A stretch of DNA of 64,000 nt from Camelus dromedarius (GCF_036321535.1 NC_087437.1:79424001-79488000); one strand, 5' to 3'. Shown: positions 1 to 13,974, counted from the stretch's first letter. A program made the numbers and translations. Notes: generated by a model not told the origin, from the sequence alone.

Positions 1-579
1 TGCAAATGGCATTATTTTATTATTTTTTATGGCTGAGTAGTATTTCATTATATAAATATTCCACATCGTCTTTATCTAGTCATCTGTCGATGGACATTTA
101 GGTTGTTTCCATGTCTTGGCTATTGTAAATAGTGCTTCTATGGACACTGGGGTGCATGTATCTTTTCAAATTAGAGTTCCCCCTGGATATATACCCAGGA
201 GTGGGATTGCTGGATCATATGGTAAGTCTATTTTTAGTTTTTTGAGAAATCTCCACACTGTTTTCCATAATGGCTGCACCAAACTACATTCCCACCAACA
301 GTGTAGGAGGATTCCCTCTTCTCCACACCCTCTCCAGTATTTATCGTTTGTGGACTTTTTAATGATGGCCATTCTGACTGGTATGAGGTGATATCTCATT
401 GTAGTTTTGACTTGCATTTGTCTTGTAATTAGTGATATTGAGCATTTTTTTCATGTGCCTATTGGCCATTCTTACGTCTTCATTGGAGAATTGCTTGTTT
501 AGGTCTTTTGCCCATTTTTGGATTGGGTTGTTTCTTTCTTATTAAGTTGTGGGAGCTGTTTATATATTCTGGAGATTAA
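1..579 (-). mobile_element. LINE-1 fragment (ORF2 C-terminal region), 5'-truncated; 3' end lies left of the window
   Basis: Minus-strand ORF 166..417 encodes [15 protein letters not shown]...[39 protein letters not shown], the L1 ORF2 cysteine-rich C-terminus. L1 similarity stops at about 579. Confidence 0.95.
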
Positions 580-879
580 GAATAGGCTTATATTTTTTAT
601 TTAAGCTGTCCCTATGAGTTTCTGTTGCTAGAAAAAAAATCTAATGAATGAAATGAATTACTCTATTAACTCCTGTTTGTAATGTTCTTCCTGTAATTCT
701 CCAGATGGTGGAATTCTGTTTGTTTATTTTTTTTAAGGACCATCATTACATACTTCTTGTGAGGGCTTCTTCAGGCCACAACATTGCTGTCCTCCCCCCG
801 CCCATGTGAATCACTCTGTTACCTAATTTATAACAGCCCTTTGTTTACCTCTGGAGAACTTCCTTAAAATTCTCTCAGT

Positions 880-1320
880 CCACAGATTTACTGATTATCT
901 ACTATGAGCCTGATTTCATGCTAGGTATTAAAGGGGTAGAAATGTAAGTATAATGTGATACAATCTAGTAGAGATTTGTCGTTGGTGTTGTGAAGCCTTA
1001 GAAGAGGGACTAATGAATTCTGTCCTGGGGAAATCAGAAAGGCCCCTGGCAAAATGTTACGTCTGAACTAACTAAAGAAAGGAGAGTAGGAGGTACCCAA
1101 GCAGACGAGATAATACAGACAGGGACTGGACAGTCAAAGAATATAACAATTGAAAAGAAATAAAGGACTGGAAAACCTCCCCAGACCATTGAGGAATTCG
1201 GAATACTGGCCTGTGTGCAATGTGGAGGTGAGAGGAACACAGGGGAGAAGGTCAGCCATAGGTTAGAGGAGCATGTGGGGCTCACTTTATGAAAATCCTC
1301 GAATGTCTCAGTCATATTCT
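880..1320 (-). mobile_element. Degenerate L2 LINE fragment
   Basis: gattatctactatgagcc...catgctaggta followed by purine-rich sequence typical of antisense L2 3' regions; recognised by eye. Confidence 0.5.
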
Positions 1321-2039
1321 GGTTTGTAATTAAATATATTATCTCCTTGACGAGGTTCTATTTTTAAAATTTTATTATTTCCTCAGGTTTTTAAAGCTTA
1401 TAGTTGAGTTCTTTCTAAAGGGATAAGGAAACAACAGCAGAAGAGACAGGCAGCTTAGCAAGGAACGTATGAAGAATTTTGTGTGGAGTTACTATATAAC
1501 TAGACGATTTGAGGATCTTCCTTCTCAAAATGTTCTGTCTAGAGTTAAAAAGTTGATTATTACTTCGAGTCAAACAGATCATTTTCTGAAATCAAACTTA
1601 CAAATTTCAAGTATCTGTAAAGTTAGTTCAAAAATATATAAAATGAATTAATTTATTTAGAGTGAATGATGAGAGCATTAGTCGCCAGGACAAAGGGTAG
1701 CAGGAAGCATTAAAAGACAAGTAAAACGTATTCAGGGCAAGAGACAATTTTTATGTACATCAATTTTCTCTGAAAGCTTGGATGTAGGAACATAAGCTAC
1801 TGTGAATTAATGAAGATGGATCCAGAGGGGCATTCATATTTCACGACTTTTTAACAATCATTTTCTGGGGAACTGAAAAGAGGCTTAGAGGCAAGGATAG
1901 GAAAATGAGACATTGGTTTATTCAGAAAAAAAGAGATGGTACTGCAAAGGATCTCGAAGTTTGACTGTAAAAATATTTAAAAGTAACCTATTGTAAACTT
2001 TCAGTTTATTGCTATTATCATATTTTAACATAAAGCATG

Positions 2040-2167
2040 ACTTATATAGATATTTAGATATAAATATATACATAAAGGTATAAATATATATACATATGTG
2101 TCTATAGATACATATATGTATATGTAGGTAGAGGTATGTACCGATACATATGCATGTGCGTGTGTGT
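2040..2167. repeat. Imperfect (TA)n/(TG)n microsatellite
   Basis: tatatagatatttagatataaatatatacat...tgtgcgtgtgtgt. Confidence 0.85.
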
Positions 2168-2513
2168 AAAAACAGTCCAAGCGTAGTCTCACTGATTATG
2201 CTTTTACGTTTTGTTCTATCCAGCATCAATAATATTAAAAAGTGTGCTGTGGAAAATATTACTTGCCTGATTCAATAGTCATTTCTCCCCTTACCCCACC
2301 CTAATAGAATGCCAGTTGTGCTTTCATTCCCCTCAGGTAAGGTGAAGACCCATTCACAATTAAAGCCAATCATGATATCCCGTTTTCCTTGGTTGAAACA
2401 GTTTTTTAGACTTGAGAAAGGTCCTAAGAATGGGTTCCAGGCTGCTGAGAAAGAGACACCAGAGGTGAAAGTCCCTTTCTATTTTTGGTCCAGATATTGC
2501 TGTATTTAGATAT

Positions 2514-3214
2514 TGTATAGGAAAGGATTAATTCAGCAGGCCTGCATGGGCCAAATCCTGTACATTTCCCAAAGTCCTGTTTTCAGGACTAGCTCTTGGC
2601 CATCTTCCTGTTGCTGAGCTCTGAGCCCTTGGAATATTCTGCCTGGTAAGAGTTTTTTCCTAAGCCTGGGGCTTAGGGCCCTGCTGTACCGGTTTGACCA
2701 GGCAGTTTATGCTAGCAGTGCGATTTTGATGAACACCAGGTTCTGCTGTAGGGGTCTGGAGTCTTGAGTTAGCCTACATGACTGATTCCCAATCAAAACC
2801 TGGATATGAAGCCTCAGGTGAGCAGCCCTCATGGGCAGTGCTTAGTGTATATTGTTACACACTCTTACTGGGAAAATTAGGCACGTTTGTGCAGCCCCAC
2901 TGGGAGGAGACGCCTGGAAGTTTGTACTTGGTTTCTGCTTGATGTGGCTCCACGTGCCTTTACCCTTTGCCGATTTTAACCTGAAGCTGGCCCTGTGGCC
3001 CGTATCTCTGGCTCTCAGTTACATACCCTTTCATTCTTCTCTTTGTTCACAGCAGTCTTCTGGTTCCATTCAGGCTAAGCACTTGATGGACGTTTACGTT
3101 TCTTTGGGTACAAGATCATAGTAACCTGTAACCGTGAGGTAACAGCTTCTGAGTCTTGGGAACCCTTCTCGTGAGTCACTGTGCCTGAGGGCTGTGTTGG
3201 GGATCCCTGACACA
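2514..3214 (+). mobile_element. Solo LTR, MER21-like
   Basis: TG...CA termini (tgtatagg...cctgacaca). Motif ctgagcccttggaatattctgcctg recalled from MER21 consensus. Flanks gatat/gatag form a 4/5 TSD. Confidence 0.8.
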
Positions 3215-3392
3215 GATAGGATAATCTGACACTGTTGTAGTCCCCTTGAAGCCACTAGGTAAGTCAGTCTTGGGATAAAACCAGCGCTGGTTACAGCAGA
3301 TTTTCTCTTCAGAGCGTTTGTTTTCCTAATCCTAGACCATGGAGATTTAAGAAATAAGCACATTGTATCATCACTGACGTAAAGTCAAATGG

Positions 3393-3888
3393 ATTTTTTT
3401 AAACTTTGAGGTATATTTAATACACAAAAGTTGCACATATTTGATGTGTTCATTTTTGATGTCTTTGGACGTGCACATACACCTGTGATACCATCACTAC
3501 ACGCAGGTAATAAACAAATCCCAATCTCTGAAAGTTTTCTTGTGTCCCCTGGCTTTTACATGTGGACATGGCAAGAACTTTTAGCGTGAGATGTATCCTC
3601 TTAACAGATGGTTAAATTCTCAGCACTGTATAGTTAACTACAGTATCACATTGTACTGTAGACCTCTAGAACTTATCATCTTGTATATCTGTAACTCTGT
3701 ACCCACTGAACAACATTTTCCCATCCCTCCCCCACTCTGCTTGGCAACCTCCATTCTATTCTCTCCTGTGAGTTTGACTTCAGATACCTCGTATAAAAGG
3801 AATACTAGAGTCCTTCTGTGACTGACTACATCTAGCATCAAGGTCTTTCAGGTCCATCCATGTTGTTGCAAATGGTAGGATTTCCTTC
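3393..3888 (-). mobile_element. Old L1 (L1MA/L1MB-type) 3' end
   Basis: T-tract then L1 3'-UTR antisense, ending in caggtccatccatgttgttgcaaatggtaggatttccttc (ORF2 end, antisense). Confidence 0.85.
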
Positions 3889-4519
3889 TAATTAATCACT
3901 GATTTAAAAAAAATTAGTTTGGTACTTTGGTAGGCAAAGACAAAGACTCATAATGGATTCTTATATCTGCATATTCATGCATAATGTGTTTTAACAGTTC
4001 AGCAGAGTTCCATGTTATCCTCCTGGGGAATGTTCAACCATCAGTAGTCCCCAGATAAATTGTATAGCAAAGTGTCCTATCAATTGTCATGACATTGTTT
4101 TAATCAATTGTTTTTACATACCTAATTAGTTAGAGTCAACACTAATGACTATTATAATGCTAAGAAACATGCTCAAAACACCCAGCTAAAGGAGGAGAGT
4201 TATACTGTAAATCTAAGCCCATCTCAGTACAAACCCATACTATTTGTCTTATATCATAGTTTGTCTTCACTGTCACTCCATTTCCATTCCAGTATTTCCC
4301 TTTCCTTCCTATACATTCAGTTACTTAGTCATTGTGCATCCATTAATATAATGTATATTTTGGATGCCAATTAGGACTGAGATATTGAGCTAAGGTCTGT
4401 GGAAACAATGGTGAAAGAAAAACATGTTTTCTGCTTTGATAGGATGTCAAATTATCACCCTATATAAATGTATAATTTTAAAAGGAAGTAAGTGTTACTG
4501 TCTGTGCAGATAGAAATCA

Positions 4520-4690
4520 GGGTAGCAGTTAGCCTTGGACAAGGGTGATAAGCTGTATTTGATAAGCTGTATGTGCTGGTAATAGTTGGTTCCTAAGTCT
4601 GGGTGCTGAGTATCTGAGTGCTGTGTGCACTTAAGATATGTGTATTTTTCTGCATGTATATTACACTTCCATAAAAGATTTTTTAAAATC
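4520..4690 (+). mobile_element. Ancient L1 (L1ME-type) 3' terminus
   Basis: gctgtgtgcacttaagatatgtgtatttttctgcatgtatattacacttccataaaa resembles L1ME 3' ends. Confidence 0.6.
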
Positions 4691-5175
4691 ACGAATGTCT
4701 ACCACCTTTGTTGCTCAGCACTCTTACCCTGTTTTTCTAGATGTATAGGGGTATGCTGCTTAGCAGGAACTAAATGGTAAGTTTTGCATAATTTTGTGCA
4801 GGAAATACTCTTGCAGTAGTTTAATGGCAACTACTAAGATTCCCTATCCTGTGACCTTAACGCTTAATATAAGGTAATTTTTTTCAGTAAATATTTGAAA
4901 AGGTGACAGGGTCATTGCATATGTTGTCACCCTACCCTTTTTCAGATATAAATGGATCTGGCACATATAAGTAGGTCTGGACTGCATCTACAATAAAGAA
5001 CTGATATGTGTAAACCTTTAAAAAATGAAATAAGTGTTATTGATGATAAATAATCTTATGACACCATAAATCAAAGATACACTAAATAGACTACCACAGA
5101 AGGCATTTTTGAGAAAAACAGTGCATTAGATGAGATGACAAAAATTACTATGAATTAACTGAGCAAGGGTATAAG

Positions 5176-5320
5176 ACTGTGCTGTCTAATACAGTAGCTA
5201 CTAGTCACCTAAGTATCTGTTGAGCACTTGAAATGCTCGTCCAAAAGGAGACCATGGCAAGTATATGGTACACTCTGCATTTTAAAAACTTTAGGACAAA
5301 TAGAAGAGTGTATATTATGT
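5176..5320 (+). mobile_element. hAT-Charlie DNA transposon fragment (MER3/MER33-like)
   Basis: ctgtgctgtctaatacagtagctactagtcac...ttgagcacttgaaatg matches the recalled MER3/MER33 terminus. Confidence 0.7.
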
Positions 5321-8260
5321 AGCAGAGAGGTCAAGTAAGATAACCCCTCTGAGTCAAGTAGCCACGTGGAACAGCATCCATTGGTTCCTCCCTGGAAAGG
5401 AGAACTCTTTGAAAATGTTCTTCCTGGAAAGCTTGAGTATAGATTTTATACTTTTAAAGAAGAGATATGATTAAGAACCATCAACAAGAAAGTTACTTGG
5501 CATCTAGTAGATCTATGTATGTAAATTGATGGGACTTTAAACCGCAATGGAATAGTCTGAATAGTTAACAAAAGGCCATATAAATTAGGTAGAGAATATA
5601 AACAGTTCTTTTAAGTGGTTTGACCATGAGGTAGAAAAGAGAGATAACTGAGGTTGCAGGGTGAGGGTGTCAAAGGAGGTGCTTTTGTTGGTTTTTAAAA
5701 TATGGAAAACAGAATCATATTTAACTATAAACCATGAGAGAGAAATTAAATATGAATAAAGGGATTAAAAAAGGAAGACTGGGGGTATAAGGTAAGTGTT
5801 CAGAGGAGCAGTGTCTTCTGATTTTTCAAAGTACAGTGGTGGGAGTAGACTTCCTGGCAAGTGACTTAGGAGCCTAGATCTGTCTCCATTTAATCGTATT
5901 GTATTTTATCTCTAGGATATTTATTGCCTTCTGACTGTCAGCTAACTAATGTCCTAAAACTATCACCCTGTTGGAGTAGCAATACAATGATGTTAGACCT
6001 CCGAAGACATTCAGTTAAGCACACACCTAATGCCCAAAGAAGGACACTCAAATGGAGAAGCGTAATGGCAGAAGACTTGGGGGGATGTCCCTCAAACTTT
6101 GCTCTCGTGCATTCTCTTCTGTAACTTCCAGCATATTGCAGGTCTTAGATTTATCATTATGAAGACAGGTACAATTGATTTTTCCAAAGTTCTTTTTTTT
6201 TTTAATATACTTGCTTCCTCTCTTTTTGCTAAGAGTTCCTATTGACTTAAAGCCAACCACAGGGAGGCTGTCAGAATATTTTACATTAGAATATTTTGCA
6301 AGTACTTGTGATTGCAGTATTCATCTTACTCACTATATTCTATAATTATTATTTAATCATTAATTCAATACTGTAACAAACACCTCCTCAAGCCCCAGAG
6401 AACTTTTTCATAATTAATACCTAGAAGGATTAATTTCCCCACTATTAAGATTCAGGGTTGATTGTGGAAATCATTACAGGTACATTATAGAATAGTTAAG
6501 AAAATTTTAAAAAGGTGGTTGCTTGTTTAATGCCAAAAGATAATAAACTTTCTGAGTCCAAGGTGAAGTTTGACTATAACACCTAAATTTAGTTATCCTT
6601 TTCAGGGGAATGGGCCATATAATCTTCAGCATATCATTGGTTGGATTCTGTATTTGAAAATTTTAACCAAACATGGGTTCTTCTAAGAGGTTAGTAAATT
6701 AGAGGAACTGGTTCAAAGCCATGCATAGATTTCCTTCGCAAACATTCCCAAGTGCAAATTTGCAAGAATCTATGCAAGAGGGTGCTTGTCTTACATTTTG
6801 GGGACCTAATTTTGTTCAGTGACACTGAGGATATTAGTTCAACAAACTTATTAGTTTTTGCTTTTAAGTAGTCTCTCCATTCATTTCTGCTGTCAACTGG
6901 AGAACTTTGATTCAAATAAACTCGCATGAGAAAGACTAATAACTTAGGCCTTCTTCACAAGATCAAAGCCGTGTGTGATAAGCCAGCCCTGGAGGCATGA
7001 TTCAGTCTCCATTCTCACAAACAGCCTGAACTCTTTTCAGACCAGAACGGTTAATTTAGTAGCTCATTAGTAAATGAAAGGATTTCATAGCACCTATTTC
7101 CTATCAAAAACAAGGGCCTAAGACTGGCAGCTCACAAGCTAACCTAAAAAAAGGGAAAGAGTTTACAATTTTGAATTTTCTATTGAAAAAATTGGATACA
7201 TGTCAACATGCCACATTCTCACAACTGATTGAGTCTAGGTAACAGATGCTCTTCTTCAGAGACTGTGTACTTTCCAAGTCTCCACTATTCCTTCCTGTCC
7301 CTCTAACACTGAATAATGTGTGAACTTCCTTTTCTGCTGACCCATTTCATTGATTCATCATAATTGTCTGAGTTCTTTAAGTATCTTAATTGGTACTAAT
7401 CAAAATCTAGAAACTTTGCATGAAAACAGTAGTTTGTTCCTAATGTGAATTAAGCATTGACATCAGTAGAGTGAGAGTAAGATAAATATTAATAGCAGAG
7501 GACTCAACACAGGATGTTTAGATGTGACTGTAGGCTTTGTTGTCATCCTTGTATTAGATTCAAGCTGGTTCTGAAACTCAGCTGTGCAAGCCATCCTTAA
7601 TCTACCCAGAGAGAGAAAAAACACTTTCATCACAAGTCCTTCACCTTGCAGTTGAAGCGTTTTACGTGCTCAGTGTAACTGTGATTCTGCTGTGCTCTTT
7701 GCTGGACGCAAATCTTTTGGAGCTCGGGTTCTTTCCCAGCCATTGTACACCTGGGAGGAATTAGAGTGGACTTTTCTAACAGTGGCTCACCCTGCTTTTG
7801 CTATATTAAAAGTCTCTCAGTAAGATGAAAAGATGACCAAAAACTTGGATTCAAATCTCATCCTGATTTGCATTATTTTTCTTAAATTAATAAAGCTAAA
7901 CACACACACACATTTTATAAGGGCATTAGCAACTCCCAACTTGAAAACTAGAACTATTAAGATATTCAGAGTAATAAGATATTCAGAAATAGCAATCTTA
8001 ACAGCAATTAGAGATGCTACTGAGTGCACAACAAAATGTCACCTAGGTCATCGAGAATATAATAAAAAAATGCTTATCAGCAGAGTAATGGCCATGTGTG
8101 CAAGACAACTATATGAAGCGCCAAAAGACCAAGCCAGTGGGCAAAAGGGTAGTTAGGAAAACTGAAGAATAAGATTTCAACATTTTGCAATATGCCCATA
8201 ACTTGATAAACAGACTAACCAATTGCACATCTGCTGCACTAAAATTTTCTGAGGTGTGAG

Positions 8261-8705
8261 CATTTGGGGAGACAATTTTCCATAGGTCTCCTACCTTTCT
8301 CAGTGTTATGAGCAGAGCACTGATCATTTTTGAACTATCTTTTTAAGGATGCTTGTATCGCAAATGGCCTTGGAAAATATAGTACCTTTCTTGAGCAAGC
8401 AAAGATTGGACTGGACTGCTGACAACCCAATATAAAAAAATTGGAGTTAACTCAGGGTTGCTCAACCATGCTGTCAACCCAATGTGTGAACAGCATCTAC
8501 TTGAGATGCTCTGTGTTGCCTTTGTGGGATCTGGGGAATGAGAAAAACAGGTATGAATGTTGAAACTCGTGCTGTGCATGACAATTAAGTTCTTTTCTCT
8601 GACCCAGGATTCTCATCTGCCATCATCTATAAACTACTTTAGTAGCAGACTAAATTGTTAGTGTCCAAAGGAGTGAAATCTCAGATTCTTCTCAGTTCTT
8701 AAGGC
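8261..8705 (+). mobile_element. Solo LTR, LTR40-like (ERVL)
   Basis: Starts ttggggagacaattttccataggtctc; ends gtgaaatctcagattcttctcagttctt. Both match the recalled LTR40 termini. Confidence 0.75.
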
Positions 8706-9481
8706 AGCAGGCCCTTAACTTGCTTTTTATGTCAATAATTAGATCCAATTTTCCAATCTTTAAAGCTTCTGAGTTATGAATAGAAGTTGATTTTTTTTAC
8801 TGTCACCAGAGCACATAGTTCTTAGAAACATTTTTTCAATTATTCAATCTTTGTTTTATGATCATTTATATCATGGCCCACTTGGTTGAACATCTCGTAG
8901 AAATGAAATTTACGGATATTAATTCCACAGCAACCTAAGCACCATGACAAACCTCTTTGAATCTCCCTCCTGACTCCTTCTTACAGCATCAAATTAGTTA
9001 AGTGAATAAACATTACCTAAAATAAGAATTCTGGGTGTGAATCCTGCTAAGTCAACACATTTTGGATATACATCATCAGCTAGAATGCAGCAAGACACCG
9101 AAACTTTCCTGATGCACAATAAGGACTTTACAGTTGACTTTTCAGCTTCCAAAGATTTGAAAGCATTTGTCTGAAGTGGACTTGCTCTGTTTGCTCAGCT
9201 CTTGTGCCAGGTGTTCTGAAATAGCTCTAAAACTGCTATTAGAACTGAGGTCCTTTCTATGACCACAGTGATGAAATTACAATTTTCAAGATCAAATCCA
9301 CATATTCCATGGTTTCATTCCTGCTCTTGGCTTTTGAGTAAGTTTTTATTCCTACTATATTCTCTATAATTCTGTTAAGATACTATTACAAGGTAATATC
9401 CATGTGGAACAAGTTTCTGAAAATGAGTGATAGACAAAGTGTAAAATAACGGTGTGGTTCTCTTTTTCACATAAATACATA

Positions 9482-9496
9482 TTTTTTTCTTTTTCT

Positions 9497-9527
<31 letters not shown>
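9482..9527. repeat. T-rich tract directly abutting an A23 homopolymer
   Basis: T-rich tract 9482-9504 followed by 23 A (9505-9527). Confidence 0.9.
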
Positions 9528-10014
9528 CCTGTCCTGACATAGTCTCCTATAAAGCCCTGTTTCTGGTGAAAAAGGTCCCAGGTCAGCTTGTTCCTTATCA
9601 ATCAAAAGCAGTGAAAAGGCCGGCTGGTGGATGGTATATTTATCTTTTCTTGTTGAGCTACAGGGAAAACAAGTTATGTGGCATGAAGACCCAAAGCTTA
9701 TTCATGAGATTTCCCACCTAATGCCACTAACAAAAGGGTTATCAGCCTTCTGGGAAGACCTCTGAGAGGTACCGCATGAAACCTGAAAATTCAGAGAACA
9801 TCCAAATCTCTGGCATTCCCTGCATAAAAACTTAAACATGGAGATGTGAATGAATTTGTCCTTGGTCACAAAGTTTATCAAAAGGAAGACTGAATTTGAA
9901 CTAAAAGATCTTTATACATAGTACCCAGTTCATTGTTCCTCTAATCTACCATACTCATAAGAGTTCCTCCTTTTTCTTGTAAGTTTATTGGTGATTTTAA
10001 ATAAAAAATAGAGC

Positions 10015-10596
10015 TGTAGCCTTTCTGATGTACTGATCAGGAGAAAAAGTGAGTCTGGGTGTTGAGATTTTAGCTAAGCTACTACCATGGTATTGCTGCC
10101 TCGGCATCCATTTTCTTGGGCCAAGTGGCCTGTGTGGGCTTGAAACTGACACTAGCCTCCTCACGTAAGCACATGACCAAGATAAGTGCTCACAGAGTCT
10201 CAAGCAACTGTAGGTTCCTGATCCACCTTCCCCAACAGCCCCTGCGATCATCAGTCACCTCCGTCTCCCAGGGCCTTTCCCTTGTACATCCCTCAGATAA
10301 GGAATTTTCAAAATCACCGCTTTTTCTGCTTTGAATCGACTGATCCATCCTTAGCCAGGGGCACCCCAAAGCACTCCATCCATGGACCCTGGCAAAGATA
10401 TGTACTCCAGGCCTCTTGACTCTCTCTACCTGCCCCCTGCCTGACCAGCCTATGTGGTTCCTCAGGGCATCCCGTGTACTCCCCGCAGGAAACATCTGTT
10501 TCAATTTCTCTTGTGGTCTTTGCTGAATCCAGACTCACCATGGATACCCTGTGGTGCACTTAACAAATGTTACTTTAACAAAGTCAAGTCATAACA
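10015..10596 (+). mobile_element. Solo LTR, MER54/MER73/MER74-group-like (ERVL)
   Basis: GC-richer block ending cacttaacaaatgttactttaacaaagtcaagtcataaca, like recalled MER54-group 3' ends. Left boundary approximate. Confidence 0.5.
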
Positions 10597-12539
10597 CCGG
10601 GCAATGATCAGCTCAAACATCAGCTTTTCTAGGAACACTTCCTTAACAAGGCTTCACATCTATTTATAGCCCTGTCCCGAGCCAGTCTAACTGACGTGCC
10701 CCTCACCTCATGGTTCTCTGGGTTTCTTCCCTTAAAACAAGGATACACCTACAGAGAGTATAACTTTCTATTTTAGACAGAACTCCTTGAGGTGAGTGAG
10801 TGTTGTATCTCTGCATCTCTAGTCATACACAACATTCTGTGCCACACAACAGGCAATTAATAAATATTAACAAAAGATGAAGAAGAATTTCCAGCATTGT
10901 CAGCACAGTGATAGATCTATGTAGACAACTTTGTGGGAGAAAGGAGGGTGGACATAAAGTCCCAGAAACTTGGGCAAATAAGGCTGATTACAGTCATCAG
11001 GTAACCAAGGGAAGATTCTAGAATAGAAAAAACAGCAAAAACTCAATTATCAGAATTGAGACTTGAGGGCAAAGTCAAATGGTCACAAAGTGGCTAATAA
11101 GTCAGGGAGAAGAGGGACATAGGGCATCAGTCAGAATCTGGCACAGTCCCCAGTCTCCTCTCTATGTGCGTTGCTTTTTTAACTTCCTAGAATCAGACTG
11201 TTGTTTTTTTTTTCTTTTACACATTCTTCCAAAGTTAATTGGCTCCAAAGTTGACATCTGAAGTGTGACATGACACTGGAAGGTTGTTTATGTTTTATGT
11301 CATGTCTAAGCCGTAGTGAACAAGAAGTTTTCACAAGTGACAGCTAGTTGTAATATATACCATATTTTGCATGTGACTAATTATTGACATTTGAAGGAAA
11401 TGCTGATGCTAAATTAAAGAAACTGAATGTAAGTGTAGGGAAAAAAAATCTGATTCTTGTTTTGCCTTATAAACAATGAATTGACATTCTGCATATATAT
11501 GTGCATATATATGAACCAGGAAACTTTCCTAATACCTTTGGCCTTACTAACATCTTTGGTATACTAAATTAAAATGATATGCCTTAGATTATAATTAATT
11601 TTTTCCATATTAAAATGAGAGCTGACCTGATCAACCTATTCTAATAATGTGAGCCCAGATGGTACTGACAAAGTTGATCTTGTTTGAATCCTCCAACTCA
11701 AGGCTAGTTTTATGTGTAGATAGAGGGCAGAACCATTGTTGAGATAATTTTAGTACCAGGAAGAGATTCATGCCAAAACTTAAAATTTTATCTTCTCAAT
11801 TGTGTCCAAAACTTATTTAAAAGGGAAGTTTCTCTTTGATTTAATATAAAAGGTAAACACGTCGTAAAAGAAAATAAAAAACAACACTGATTTAAATCCA
11901 TAGTAGTGTGAGTAGTTGATATTGAATGTTTTTTAGATTTTAAGGTGGGTTGAGTGATGATTAAACTGGATTTGATAAAAGGGTAAAAGATACATAATTG
12001 AAAAGCATAGTAAAATAAAGATGAACTTGACCAAACTCAAAATTTCCTGTAAGACTAGCCCTGAACATTTTGCAGGGAGGACATCTTAAAGGTCTAATCT
12101 TTAGAAACTATAACAAAGCTGTGCCCCCTGACATTTTACCTTCTCCTGTATAGACAACACTATCTTCATATGTTCTTTCTCATCAACAAAACTCTTCTAA
12201 TTTTCTTCTAGTTTATAGGGGGAATTTTGACTTTTTAAATAATTGAACCAGAAAGTGTTATCTTGACAAAATATTGGCACTCAAATTATCCACTTTGTGA
12301 GGGATCTAACTCTGACTTTACGTTCTCAGAAATATTGCTAACTGCATTTTCTTGGAATTTTTGTCAAGGTTTAGGGACTTCTCTCAAGTCTTTCCAAATT
12401 ATTTTAGGGATGTAAGCCTCTGTTACACTGCAGTATATCATATTCCTGTGCCATGATGTTGAATGAAGAATAATGTTGAATGAAGTAATACTTTTAAAAT
12501 CTTAAAACTCCCAGCTGCTTTTTAAATTATAATTAAATA

Positions 12540-12997
12540 ATTTTTTTATTGAAGTCTAGTTGATATACAATGGTAAATAATTTACAGGTGTACAATATAA
12601 GTGATTCACAATTTTTAAAAGATTTTACTCCATTTATAGTTACTGTAAAATACTGGCTATATTCCTTGTGTTGTACAATATATCCTTGTAGCTTCTTTTG
12701 TACCTAATAGTTGCAGGATGCAAAATAGAATCCTAAGTTGTGGGATTCAAGATTAATATACAGAATCTGTTGCATTTCAATACTCTAACCATGAATTATC
12801 GGAAAGTGAAATTAAGGAAACAATCTCATTTATCATCACATCAGAAAGAATAAAATACCTAGGAATAAACCTACCTAAGGAGGTAAAAGATCTGTGCTCA
12901 GAAAACTATAAAACGCTGATGAAAGAAATTGAGGATGACCCAGACAGAAAGATACATACCATGTTCTTGGATTGGAAGAATGAATATTGTTAAAATG
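12540..12997 (-). mobile_element. 5'-inverted, internally deleted L1 insertion
   Basis: 12540-12712 is poly-T plus the last ~170 nt of an L1 3' UTR (minus). 12713-12997 is ORF2 RT-region sequence in plus orientation (aaaatacctaggaataaaccta = KYLGINL; tcttggattggaagaatgaatattgttaaaatg = SWIGRMNIVKM). Confidence 0.85.
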
Positions 12998-13974
12998 AGT
13001 GAAGTAATAATTTTTTAAATGTCTGGTTTTGAGCGATAGAACTGGCTGTGTGCCATGTATATTGGGACCAGATAGTATCATATTTTGTCTTTGTAGTCAG
13101 TATAAGGCCCCAAAGATGATTGCTTAAAAATCAATTTGACTACTTCCTCCCTCTACCACTCTTAACACTCAGGCAATTACGTATAATATACACTTATGCT
13201 GGGGAGCACAATGTGAAAATGGAGAAAGGAGACAGTCATGATTCCTTACTCTGCTCCATTTCACATAATTCTGCTTTTCCTTGGATTGCCTTTTATTCTA
13301 GTTAAGTGTGCTTAAGCTGACTGCTTATTGGTCTGTGCTACAACTCTCCAGTCCACCCCTCCACTGATGTTTTAGTGAATATGATTCTGTGTGGTAGTAA
13401 CCAAAATCAAGTATCCAGAGAGCCTGGCAACAGGCTGAAATTCCTTTGGCATATGCTCCTCTGTCAAGGACACAGGACCACATATGCAAATACATCACAT
13501 GAAGTACCTGAAGTATTCCATAGTTGTGCAAAGTTGCTATGCAAACTAAGCTCTAATAGATGCTGACCCTGGGTTAATTACATAAAACAGAATCTATTTA
13601 TATTTTGTTAGTGTATCTAGCTGCCTAAAGCTTGAATTAAATAAGAGCTTAAGTAGAACGAAATAAAAATTCAAATTACCACATATCTTACTTAATGTTA
13701 CATTCAATCCAGTAAATATATGTCAAAAATGCATATGAACACCTATTAAATATTTTTATTGCTGTTTGATTTGAAAATTTAAGAAACAGTAGGAATAATA
13801 CAAAAGTATAAATAACAGTAAAAATCACTGCTAATCACACAACTGCAAGGCAACGATTGTTAATACCTTGGCATGTTATCTCCTTGACTTGTTTTTCAAT
13901 GTGAATTGAATGTTGTTTTATATTTTGTTTCATTTATACAGCCTGGAATCATGCATATTTTAGTATCAATTTAG

